Shown here one piece after another: positions 47,161-56,237 of a stretch of DNA of 64,000 nt; the first letter of the stretch is position 1; every line of letters starts with the position of its first letter. The notes beneath the pieces were generated by a model, which saw only the letters and a program-made list of their open reading frames with translations, did not search any database and was not told where the DNA came from. Origin of the DNA: Candidatus Eiseniibacteriota bacterium (GTDB lineage: Bacteria; Eisenbacteria; RBG-16-71-46; CAVPCR01); NCBI GenBank assembly GCA_963823555.1, contig CAWGMA010000001.1, forward strand, positions 704,001 to 768,000, in the 5' to 3' direction. The translations under genes were made by a program, and so were the position numbers.

Positions 47161-47808
47161 ATGCTGAATGCTGAATCAATCAGGAAGCTGTCTTGGGAGG
47201 GAGTGGTGGTGTCCGTTCAGCCGCGCATCCGGCTCATGCGGTCCTTCGACGAGCGGAGCCACAGCTATCTGGGTTACGCACTTCGCGTCCGCGGTAAGAG
47301 GGATGACACCGAGTCGGAGTTCTCGGTCGGTATCGGGAAGGCCGCACAGGCGAAACACGGCTTCCGAGTCGGTGACCGGGTTGCGGGCCTTGCGCAGGCA
47401 GTTCCGGACCCTCGGCTGGAAGCAGTGGACCTGTACAAGGCAAGCGCGTTGAAGCTGGTCGGGCGGGAAGAAGCGGAGATCAGATCGGCCGGTCCTCCTT
47501 GGCACGGTGTCCCGCCGGAGCTGGCGGACTACCGGGAGCGCGGACATCGGCGGCTCGATCCACGAACGTACGAGAGCAGGTGTTTCAGCTGCATCTGGGG
47601 CTGTCGGATGCCGGTAGAGATGATTGTGGATCACTGGAATCCCGGACTGAAGCGATACCGGTTCGAGACCTTCTGCTACGGCCCGAAGAATTGCCGGCTC
47701 TATCGGGCGGGTAGCACGCGCAAGGTCCCCGGACGACGGGGGATGAGCTGGGAGGAGGCGGACTGGGTCGATGCCGACGCGACTTCGCACCGCGCCGACG
47801 ACGAGTGA
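47161..47808 (+). CDS. Hypothetical protein with four Cys (possible metal binding)
   Basis: GAGGAG RBS; VQPRIRLMRSFDERSHSYLGY...C..CIWGC...ETFCYGPKNC; more A/T in third codon positions than its neighbours. Confidence 0.75.
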   Translation: MLNAESIRKLSWEGVVVSVQPRIRLMRSFDERSHSYLGYALRVRGKRDDTESEFSVGIGKAAQAKHGFRVGDRVAGLAQAVPDPRLEAVDLYKASALKLVGREEAEIRSAGPPWHGVPPELADYRERGHRRLDPRTYESRCFSCIWGCRMPVEMIVDHWNPGLKRYRFETFCYGPKNCRLYRAGSTRKVPGRRGMSWEEADWVDADATSHRADDE

Positions 47809-47822
47809 ACCGTACCGGGCAA

Positions 47823-47880
47823 CATGACAAGGGGTTCAGGAGGACGCCGGACCCGCCGACTTCCTCGGTTGCTCCGGCTC
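47823..47880 (+). other. Degenerate left half of an attC-like site
   Basis: CATGACAAGGGGTTCAGGAGGACGCCGGACCCGCC... just after the stop resembles attC starts (CNTAACAAG...CAGCGGACGCC); the right arm is missing. Confidence 0.3.
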
Positions 47881-47966
47881 TGCTAGGATCGATTGACCAG
47901 TAGCCGCAGCACGCCGCTCGGTCGCATGGAATCCACCGCCGGAGGCGGCGCGCGAGGGAGGTCCGG

Positions 47967-50900
47967 ATGCGTCTCCCTGCGATTGCCTTTCTCCTCGTTC
48001 TGGCTGCAGCCGCGAAGCCCCCGCCTGCCGCATCACAGGTCCTTGTCCTGAATGAGTACCTCGCCGCCAATGCCTTCGGCATAGAGGACGAGGACGGCGA
48101 CCACGAGGACTGGCTCGAGCTCTACAACACAGGTCCAGCCCGTGTCGATCTGACCGGGTTCGCCCTCTCGGACGATCCGGGTGTGCCCCTCAAGTGGATC
48201 TTCTCCCGAACCGTCATCGATCCCGGCGCCTTCCTTCTCGTCTTTGCCTCCGACAAGGATCGCCGGGATTGGGCGGGGCATCTCGAGACGGTCATCGACC
48301 AGGGCGATGAGTGGCGGTACCGAATCGGAACCTCCGAGCCGCCATCGACATGGCGCACCCTCGGGTTCGACGACTCATCGTGGAGCGAGGGGCCGAGCGG
48401 GTTCGGATACGGCGATGGCGATGATGCGACGATCATTCCGAACACGATCTCCCTTCACATCCGCAAGCGGTTCATCGTCGCCGATCCAGACGAAATCACC
48501 TTCATCCTCCTCCATGTCGACTACGATGACGGCTTCGTCGCCTACCTGAACGACGTCGAGATTGCGCGGGCCAATGTCGGTGAGCCCGGCGATCACCCCC
48601 CCTTCGACCAGTCGGCGTCGGGAGAGCACGAAGCGCTGATGTACCAGGGCCTGCCGCCGGAGGCCTTCCGCGTGGCTCTGGACCCCTCCGCCTTGCTGCA
48701 ACCGGGCACGAATGTCCTTGCCATCCAGGCTCACAACATTGCGCTCGATTCGAGCGACATGACGATGATCCCGTTTATGACCCTGGGTATGGTCGCCCCG
48801 CCGCCCGATCCGGTTGGCACTCCCGAGGTGCTCGAACTCGAGCTCCCCAATCTCCACACCAACTTCAAGATCGACGCTGCGGGGGAAATGGTGGCGCTAC
48901 GCGATGGCGCAGGGCAGCTTGTCGACAGCATCGCGACAGGGCCGATGACGACCGATGTGTCGCGCGGCCGGAGCCCGGATGGAAGCCCGGAATGGTTCTT
49001 CTTCACCGCACCCTCTCCCGGCGGGAGCAACGCCGGCCCCGGTTATCCGGGTTTCACCCCGGATCCCGCCTTCTCCATGCCCGCCGGGTTCTACGCGGGG
49101 GAGGTCGCGGTCAGCTTGAGCAACTCCCTCCCCGAGGCCGTCACCACCTACACGACCGACGGCGGGGATCCCTCGCCGTCATCCCCGTCCTATACTGCTC
49201 CGCTACTCATCGACAGCACGATGGTCGTGAGGGCGCGATCGTTCGCTCCCGGCCTCGCTCCGAGCGCGATCCAGACCCGGACCTACTTCATCGACGAGGA
49301 GATCACGCTGCCGGTGGTGTCGCTCACCACCGATCCGCCGAACCTCTGGGACGAGGAGATCGGGATCTACACCTTCGGGCCCGACTACAACCCGATTCCG
49401 CCCTACTTCGGCGCCAACTTCTGGCAGGACTGGGAGCGGCCGGTCCACGTCGAGTACTTCGCGCCGGGTGGGGCCCTCGGCTTCCGCCTGGACGCCGGCG
49501 TCAAGATCCACGGCAACCACAGCCGGTCCTTCCCGCAGAAGAGCCTCCTCATCCTGGCGCGAAGCGGATATGGCACCGAGGAGATCGACTACCCCCTGTT
49601 CGAGGAGCGAGAGAACACGCGCTTCAAGCGCATCATCCTCCGTAACGCGGGGCAGGACTGGTGCCTGTCCATGTTCCGGGATGCGTTCTGCCACCGTCTG
49701 GCGGAGCGGGGCGACATCGAGCGCATGGCCTACAGCCCCGCCATCGTGTTCATCAACGGCGAGTACTGGGGCATCCACAACATCCGCGAGCGGCTTGATG
49801 AGCACTACCTGGGGACCTACTTCCCGGTCGATCCCGAGAACCTCGACATTCTCGAGGACGAGCAGGAAGTGGTCGAAGGCGACGCCGATCACTACCTTGC
49901 GATGCTCGATTTCATCGCGAGCCACGATCTCAGCCTCGATGAGAACCTCGAGGTGGTCGAGACCATGATGGAGACCGCCAACTTCGCCGAGTACTGCCTG
50001 TATGAGATCTACTTGAGCAACCAGGACTGGCCCTGGACGAACATCAAGTACTGGCGCCCGCGCACGCCCGGCGGCCGCTGGCGCTGGCTCTACTTCGATC
50101 TGGATCGAACCATGGGGGGCTATGGCGGGATCGATCTCGAGCGGGCCACGGATCCGGATGGGCCCGGCGGGGTCCATCCTTGGTCCACCTTCCTGCTCGT
50201 CAACTTGCTCCGCAACGAAGGGTTCAAGAACGCGTTCATCAACCGCTACGCCGACCACCTGAACACGACCTTCAAGGTCTCGGAGATGCTGGCGCACCGG
50301 GACCGATTCCGTTCCACGCTCCTCCCCGAGGTCGAGCGGCACTATGCGCGCTGGGAGTGGCCGATCGGGAGCTGGTACAACCACATGACCATGATCTCGA
50401 CCTTCATCACCCAGCGCCCGGCGTATGCGGTGAACCACATCCTCGGCAAGTTCGGGCTGCCGGGGACCCTGAATCTCACCCTCGGCGTCCAGCCGCCCGG
50501 GTCAGGGCGCATCCGGCTGACGGCGATCACGATCGACACCCTGTGGTCGGGGACCTACTTCAAGACGGTGCCCATTCCGTTGACCGCGGTGCCGGCTCCT
50601 GGCTACGCGTTCGCCGGGTGGTCCGATCCCAGTCTGCCCCAGGAGCCTTCGGTGACGATCAGTCCGGAGAGCCACTACGGAGTGCTCGCTCTCTTCGCGC
50701 CGGCCGAGGGTGGAGTGGTCATCAACGAGATCAACTACAACTCGGCGCCCGACTTCGATCCCGAGGACTGGGTCGAGTTCCACAACTCCCTGGGGCAGGC
50801 CATCGATATCTCCGGCTGGCAGTTCAAGGACGCGGATGACGCGCATGTCTACGTCTTCGCTCCGGGGACGGTGCTTCCGGCCGGGGATTATCTCGTGCTG

Positions 50901-51512
50901 TGCCGGGACCTGGCCATGTTCGGGGCGCGGTTTCCGGGCGTGACGAACGTTGTGGGGGACATGTCGTTCGGGCTGGATGGCGGAGGGGAACTGGTGCGGC
51001 TCTTCGATGCAGGCGATGTGCTCGCGGACTGGGTTGCGTATGACGATGGCGCACCCTGGCCGCCGGAACCGGACGGACAGGGGCCAACGCTCGAACTCAT
51101 CGATGCCTTCGTCGACAACGGGCTCGCGGAGAACTGGGCGGCGTCGATTGCCACTCACGGCACGCCGGGAGCGATGAACAGCGTGTCGACGGGGACGGGG
51201 ATCGAGGTGGCTGCGGGGGTGGCGGGAGCGCCGCGGCGCCTGGAGCTCAGGGGAGCGTATCCGAACCCCTTCAACCCGACGACGACCTTTGGGCTCGGGA
51301 TCCCGGAGCGTGGCGTGGTGCGGCTCTCGGTGCACGACACGGCGGGGCGGCTGGTGCGGATCGTCGTGGCGGGGGAGATGGATGTGGGGTGGCATGAGGC
51401 CACCTGGGACGGGCGCAACGAAGATGGGCAGCGCGTGGCATCGGGGATCTACTTCGCGGAGCTCGAGGCCGGGGGGCGGGCGGCGCAGCGGAAGGTCGTG
51501 ATGCTCAAGTAG
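47967..51512 (+). CDS. Secreted CotH-kinase-family protein with lamin-tail domains, a chitobiase/FN3-like domain and a FlgD-Ig/T9SS-like CTD
   Basis: LVLNE...DWLELYN (LTD), YTTDGGDP, KIHGNHSR..PQKS, INGEYWG, NQDWP..N, FDLD, VVINEINY, and YPNPFNP...WDGRNEDG..VASGIY...KVVMLK. Confidence 0.88.
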   Translation: MRLPAIAFLLVLAAAAKPPPAASQVLVLNEYLAANAFGIEDEDGDHEDWLELYNTGPARVDLTGFALSDDPGVPLKWIFSRTVIDPGAFLLVFASDKDRRDWAGHLETVIDQGDEWRYRIGTSEPPSTWRTLGFDDSSWSEGPSGFGYGDGDDATIIPNTISLHIRKRFIVADPDEITFILLHVDYDDGFVAYLNDVEIARANVGEPGDHPPFDQSASGEHEALMYQGLPPEAFRVALDPSALLQPGTNVLAIQAHNIALDSSDMTMIPFMTLGMVAPPPDPVGTPEVLELELPNLHTNFKIDAAGEMVALRDGAGQLVDSIATGPMTTDVSRGRSPDGSPEWFFFTAPSPGGSNAGPGYPGFTPDPAFSMPAGFYAGEVAVSLSNSLPEAVTTYTTDGGDPSPSSPSYTAPLLIDSTMVVRARSFAPGLAPSAIQTRTYFIDEEITLPVVSLTTDPPNLWDEEIGIYTFGPDYNPIPPYFGANFWQDWERPVHVEYFAPGGALGFRLDAGVKIHGNHSRSFPQKSLLILARSGYGTEEIDYPLFEERENTRFKRIILRNAGQDWCLSMFRDAFCHRLAERGDIERMAYSPAIVFINGEYWGIHNIRERLDEHYLGTYFPVDPENLDILEDEQEVVEGDADHYLAMLDFIASHDLSLDENLEVVETMMETANFAEYCLYEIYLSNQDWPWTNIKYWRPRTPGGRWRWLYFDLDRTMGGYGGIDLERATDPDGPGGVHPWSTFLLVNLLRNEGFKNAFINRYADHLNTTFKVSEMLAHRDRFRSTLLPEVERHYARWEWPIGSWYNHMTMISTFITQRPAYAVNHILGKFGLPGTLNLTLGVQPPGSGRIRLTAITIDTLWSGTYFKTVPIPLTAVPAPGYAFAGWSDPSLPQEPSVTISPESHYGVLALFAPAEGGVVINEINYNSAPDFDPEDWVEFHNSLGQAIDISGWQFKDADDAHVYVFAPGTVLPAGDYLVLCRDLAMFGARFPGVTNVVGDMSFGLDGGGELVRLFDAGDVLADWVAYDDGAPWPPEPDGQGPTLELIDAFVDNGLAENWAASIATHGTPGAMNSVSTGTGIEVAAGVAGAPRRLELRGAYPNPFNPTTTFGLGIPERGVVRLSVHDTAGRLVRIVVAGEMDVGWHEATWDGRNEDGQRVASGIYFAELEAGGRAAQRKVVMLK

Positions 51513-51819
51513 GGGCTCGCTTGGGCCTGGCAGCGAGCAGGTCCGCTGCAGTCGTACCAGCCTTCGGAACGGGCAGGGAGAAGGCCTTGCTGGCTTCGGT
51601 TGAGCTGGCCAACGGTGCTCATCAGTAACGCTTCCTCGACCAGGATGCTCAGGAGGTCTGGGCTCACCTCCTGAGAAGGTCGGTGGAATGGCGAATCGCG
51701 AGCTCGCAGAGCGGGCGGGGTTGGTCTCGCCGCGGGGGGTGACCGGCCCGAATGGCATCGTCGCGTGATCGCTGAGCGGATCCGCGATTTCGAAGCGGAC
51801 CCGGATAGCGGCGACAGCT

Positions 51820-51932
51820 GAGAGGCTAGGCCATCGATTCCTGGCGGCACTGGACGAACTGATTGCCCAAGTCGCAGTGAGTCCTCTCCGCTTCCCCAAG
51901 TCGAGCCCAATGTGCGGCGGGCCCTGTTTCGT
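51820..51932 (+). pseudogene. RelE/ParE toxin remnant (frameshifted)
   Basis: ERLGHRFLAALDELIAQVAVSPLRFP, then a 1-nt shift near 51898, then VEPNVRRALFR; matches the central ParE pattern; no start or antitoxin seen. Confidence 0.55.
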
Positions 51933-51999
51933 ACCCCGGGAGGTGTCCGAGTCTGAGTGAGAGCAGCAGGGCAATCGGCGACTGGCGTGCCATGACATC

Positions 52000-52033
52000 T
52001 TGAGCCCCGCTCCCCCCGCCTGCTAGACTCCGC
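52000..52033 (+). promoter_or_regulatory. Putative housekeeping promoter of dinG
   Basis: TTGAGC-N18-TAGACT with extended TG. Confidence 0.5.
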
Positions 52034-52095
52034 CCCTGTGCCCGCCGCAATCGCCGAGCCTCGGGCTCTCGCCCCGACCCTGGCCCGGCTACCGG

Positions 52096-54666
52096 ATGGA
52101 TCCAGTTGCCCCGCGGAGCGCCAGAAGCGATTTGTCTCCCCACTCGACGGACGATCTCCTCGGTCCCAAGGGCCCGCTTCCGGATCTGCTCCCCACGTTC
52201 GAGCATCGCGACGGTCAGCTCGAGATGGCCCGCGGCGTCTCCGAGGTGCTCGAGTCGGGCGGGGTGCTCGCCGTCGAGGCCCCGACCGGCATCGGGAAGT
52301 CGCTCGCCTACCTCATTCCGGCCGCCCTCCATGCTCTCCGCGAACAGGTCCCGGTCGCGATCGCGACCGGAACCTTGAACCTCCAGGATCAGCTTCTCGA
52401 GAAGGACGTCCCTGTCGTCGCCCAGGTGCTGGAGTCGATCGGGGAGGGCCCGCTCCGCGTGACCGTCTTGAAGGGACGATCGAACTACCTCTGCCGGCGG
52501 CGCTGGGAGGAGGCGCGGCGCGGGTTGATCCCGCTCCCGCCCGGGATGCTGGAGCGGCTTGCGGGCTGGGTGGTCGACACCGAGACCGGGGAGCTCACCG
52601 AGGCCGAGGCCGTCCTCGGCCCGCTCGGCGAGCACGCCGCGCGCCTGGCCTCGGATCCGGCGAGCTGCTCCTGGGCGCGCTGCCATCGGGGCGACGATTG
52701 CTTCCTCCGCCGCGTGCGCAAGCGCGCTCAGACCTCGCACCTCGTCATCTTGAACCACGCCCTGCTCTTCCATCATCTTCTCCGCGACTCGGGCTACCTC
52801 CCCGATGCCGATGGGCTCGTCCTCGACGAGGCGCATCATCTCGAGCGGGCGCTCACCGATGCCTGCGGGCGCGAGGTGTCGATCGAGCAGGTGCAGGGGC
52901 TCGTGGGGCGCGCGTTAGGGACGAGGGCGGCGGGGGCCACGGAGGAGGCCAACGACGAGGGAGCGGGGTCGCTGGCCGGGGTCGGCCCGGGCGAGCAGCT
53001 CGGATTCGGCGATGCGGAGCTCGCGCGCGTGGGCGAGCTCGGGCGTCTCGCCGAACGCCTGCGTGCGATTCCCTCCGAGGTGGATCGCCTGAACCTGGGC
53101 CAGCGCGTGAGCGAGGTGCGGGACGGGATCGAAGGGGCGGCGGGGCTCGTCGCGGTCGCTTTGCGGGCGGTGGGTCGGCGGCTCCTGGATGTTTCCGCGG
53201 AAACATCGGTGAGCAGCAATAGGTCGTTTTCTGCATCGAACGGTCGTAATCATGGATCGAGCAGGGGCGCCTTCCCCGGCCCCGGCGCTCCCCACCGCTA
53301 CAACGCCGACACCGCCTCCGACCTCTTCGGCCTCGAGATCGATCGGGCGCGGACGGCCCTCGAGGATCTCGGTGGGTCGCTGCGCGATCTCGCCGCTGCG
53401 ATCGATCGCGTCACCTCGGAGCAGGCCCCCGGCGAGCCCGCCGCGGACTGGCTCGTCGAGGTGACCGGCCTCGCCGGTGATTGGGGGCGACTCGGCGCCG
53501 ATCTCTCGGCTCTCGCCGAGCCCGACGACGCCGATGTGTGCTGGATCGATCTCGATCACGGCGCCGCGCGCCTCTCTTCGCTTCCGCTCGACGTTGCCGA
53601 CACGTTCGCCCACCGCGTTCTCGATCGCTTTCGTTCGGCCATCCTGACTTCGGCAACCTTGACCGTTGCCGCCTCCTTCGATCACCTGGTCGCCCGCCTC
53701 GGTCTCGACCGCCGCGATCGCCGCCGCCTCCACCTGATGGCGCTCGATTCGCCCTTCGAGCACGCGCGCCAGTGTGTGCTGCTGGCCGATCCCGGCTTCA
53801 CGCCGCCGAATGCTCCGGGCTATGCAGGGGCGGTCGCGAACCTCTTGATCTCCTTCGTCCTCGGCGTCAAGCGCCGCACGCTCGTCCTCTTCACCTCGAA
53901 CTGGCTCCTGCGCGAGGTGTGGGCGCGGGTGCGTCCGATCGCCGAGGCGCAGGGCCGCCCGCTCTTCGCCCAGGGCATGGATGGACCGCGCCAGGTTCTC
54001 GCCCGCCGCTTCCGGCAGGATCCAGGGGCGATCTTGCTCGGGACGTCGAGCTTCTGGGAGGGCGTCGACTTCCCCGGCGAGGAGCTCGAGGTCCTCGTGA
54101 TCACGCGGCTTCCGTTCCCGGTGCCGTCGGAGCCGCTGATCGCGGCGCGGAGCGAGAAGCTCTCGGCGCTGGGGGAGGAGCCGTTCTCGAGCTTGTTCTT
54201 GCCCGAGGCGGTGCTTCGTTTCAGGCAAGGCTTCGGGCGGTTGATCCGGAGCCTCGATGATCGCGGAGCGGTGATCTGTCTCGATCCACGGTTGATGACA
54301 TCGAGCTACGGCGAGGTGTTCCGGCGATCGCTACCGGTCAGGCCGATGATGGTGGCCGGGGAGCTCTTGGCGGAGGCAGTGGCCGAGTGGTTCGCGACGG
54401 GCGAGGTGGCGGGCGCGGGGGATGGGCGGCGCCCGCGCGGGCGCCGCGGGACCAAGCGGAGCCCGCAATCGGTGGCCGAGGATGTGTACCTGGTTGATGG
54501 ATGGGATGAGGGGTTCGAGGGCGAACCCGACGCCGATCGAGTGCGGGAGCGGGCCACGGCGTGGCAAAGGAGAACGTACGTGAAGGAGGAGGGGGCGACG
54601 ATCGTGGTCGAGAGCCTCCGTGCCGCGCCATCCGATGTGCCTGGCCGAAGAAGTGATGACGAGTGA
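52096..54666 (+). CDS. dinG: DinG/YoaA-family ATP-dependent Fe-S helicase
   Basis: Q motif (RDGQLEM), APTGIGKS, LKGRSNYLC, C..C...C, NHALL, DEAH, TSATL, SFWEGVD and QGFGRLIR. Confidence 0.92.
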   Translation: MDPVAPRSARSDLSPHSTDDLLGPKGPLPDLLPTFEHRDGQLEMARGVSEVLESGGVLAVEAPTGIGKSLAYLIPAALHALREQVPVAIATGTLNLQDQLLEKDVPVVAQVLESIGEGPLRVTVLKGRSNYLCRRRWEEARRGLIPLPPGMLERLAGWVVDTETGELTEAEAVLGPLGEHAARLASDPASCSWARCHRGDDCFLRRVRKRAQTSHLVILNHALLFHHLLRDSGYLPDADGLVLDEAHHLERALTDACGREVSIEQVQGLVGRALGTRAAGATEEANDEGAGSLAGVGPGEQLGFGDAELARVGELGRLAERLRAIPSEVDRLNLGQRVSEVRDGIEGAAGLVAVALRAVGRRLLDVSAETSVSSNRSFSASNGRNHGSSRGAFPGPGAPHRYNADTASDLFGLEIDRARTALEDLGGSLRDLAAAIDRVTSEQAPGEPAADWLVEVTGLAGDWGRLGADLSALAEPDDADVCWIDLDHGAARLSSLPLDVADTFAHRVLDRFRSAILTSATLTVAASFDHLVARLGLDRRDRRRLHLMALDSPFEHARQCVLLADPGFTPPNAPGYAGAVANLLISFVLGVKRRTLVLFTSNWLLREVWARVRPIAEAQGRPLFAQGMDGPRQVLARRFRQDPGAILLGTSSFWEGVDFPGEELEVLVITRLPFPVPSEPLIAARSEKLSALGEEPFSSLFLPEAVLRFRQGFGRLIRSLDDRGAVICLDPRLMTSSYGEVFRRSLPVRPMMVAGELLAEAVAEWFATGEVAGAGDGRRPRGRRGTKRSPQSVAEDVYLVDGWDEGFEGEPDADRVRERATAWQRRTYVKEEGATIVVESLRAAPSDVPGRRSDDE

Positions 54667-54819
54667 GTGCCGATGTCAGATTGGATTGTAACTAGTTCAG
54701 TACACTTGAATTCGGCTTTGTATCGTCTTCCGCGCCTCCTCGCCTGATATCTGCTACCCTGCCCCGCAGTCGCCGCCACTACCCCGCCCGGCCCTCGACC
54801 GCACGAAAGGAGGCCCTCG

Positions 54820-56226
54820 ATGCCCGCCGCCCACCGTATCCTCTTCGCCGCCCTGGCGCTCGTCCTCGCCGCATCTTCCTTCTCCTGCTCCCGCGGCCCC
54901 GATCCCGTCGAGGCGCGCGCTCTCGCCAAGGAAGCGTACATCTTCGCCTATCCCATGCTCGAGAACTACAAGACCATGTACATCCAGGCGATCGACACCT
55001 CATCGCCTGGCTACCAGGGCCCGTTCAACACGTTCAAGCACAGCACGACACTCCTCGGCCCCGAGTTCACGGACGTCGTTCGTCCCAATAACGACACCAT
55101 CTATTCCTTCGCCTGGCTCGATCTGCGCGCCGAGCCGATCGTGGTCACCGTGCCGGCGATCACCGATCGCTACTACTCCTTCCAGCTCGTCGATCTCTAT
55201 ACACACAACTTCGCCTACATCGGGACCCGAGCGACCGGCACCGAGGCCGGGAGCTACCTGATCGCCGGCCCGTCGTGGAGCGGCGATCCCTCACAGCCTC
55301 CGCCCGACATCCGCCAGGTCTTCCCGACCGAGGGCAACTTCGTCTTCTGTCTCGGCCGCACCGCAGTCGATGGCGAAGCGGATCTTCCCAACGTGCTCGC
55401 GATCCAGGAGGGGTACAAGGTCCAGTCGCTCAGCGCCTACCTCGGCGAGGCCGCCCCGCCGGCCCCGCCCGCGATCGTCCTCCCGACCTACAACCGCGTC
55501 GAGGCCGACACCCCCGACTTCATCAAGTACCTGAACTTCCTTCTCGGCCAGGTCGACATTCATCCCTCCGAGCGCCAGCTCATCGAGAAGTTCGGCCGCA
55601 TCGGCATCGGTCCGAACCGACCCTTCGAGGCGTCAGCCCTGGACATCTCCGTGCTGCATGCCATGGACGAGGGAATTCGCGAGGCGATCGACGAGATCGA
55701 GAAGAACGTGGGGAACCTGGGCGAGAAGAACAGCTGGAGCCTGACCGGGAAGGTCTTCGGCACCCGCGAGGTGATGCAGGGCCAGTACCTGACCCGCGCC
55801 TCGGCGGCACGCTTCGGGCTCTACGGGAACGATCTCGAGGAGGCCTACTACCCGACCACCAGCCTCGATTCAGCCGGCGGTACGCTCGACGGCTCCGGGA
55901 ACCGCTACGTGCTCCGGTTCACCAAGGACGAGATGCCGCCGGTGGATGCCTTCTGGTCCATCACCATGTACAACCTGCCGGAGCAGCTCATGGTCGCCAA
56001 TCCGATCCATCGCTACTCGATCGGGGATCGGACCCGCGGCCTCAAAATCGACAAGGATGGATCGCTCGCGATCTATCTGCAGCCCAAGTCACCGGGCAAG
56101 GCGAAGGAGTCGAACTGGTTGCCGGCTCCGGAAGGCCCCTTCTCGCTCACCCTCCGCATGTACCTGCCCAGGCCCTCGGCCCTGGATCCGCTCTACGCGC
56201 CGCCGGGGGTCGAGAAGGTCGATTAG
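54820..56226 (+). CDS. DUF1254/DUF1214 lipoprotein
   Basis: Lipobox SFSC; AKEAYIFAYP, VVRPNNDTIYS, EEAYYP, FWSITMY and NWLPAP. Confidence 0.92.
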   Translation: MPAAHRILFAALALVLAASSFSCSRGPDPVEARALAKEAYIFAYPMLENYKTMYIQAIDTSSPGYQGPFNTFKHSTTLLGPEFTDVVRPNNDTIYSFAWLDLRAEPIVVTVPAITDRYYSFQLVDLYTHNFAYIGTRATGTEAGSYLIAGPSWSGDPSQPPPDIRQVFPTEGNFVFCLGRTAVDGEADLPNVLAIQEGYKVQSLSAYLGEAAPPAPPAIVLPTYNRVEADTPDFIKYLNFLLGQVDIHPSERQLIEKFGRIGIGPNRPFEASALDISVLHAMDEGIREAIDEIEKNVGNLGEKNSWSLTGKVFGTREVMQGQYLTRASAARFGLYGNDLEEAYYPTTSLDSAGGTLDGSGNRYVLRFTKDEMPPVDAFWSITMYNLPEQLMVANPIHRYSIGDRTRGLKIDKDGSLAIYLQPKSPGKAKESNWLPAPEGPFSLTLRMYLPRPSALDPLYAPPGVEKVD

Positions 56227-56237
56227 CGGCCGCCGCG

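Noticed and set aside
52096..54666. DinG as part of a type IV CRISPR or other defence system
   Set aside because: No cas or defence genes adjacent; it has a housekeeping-type promoter and standard Fe-S DinG/YoaA motifs.
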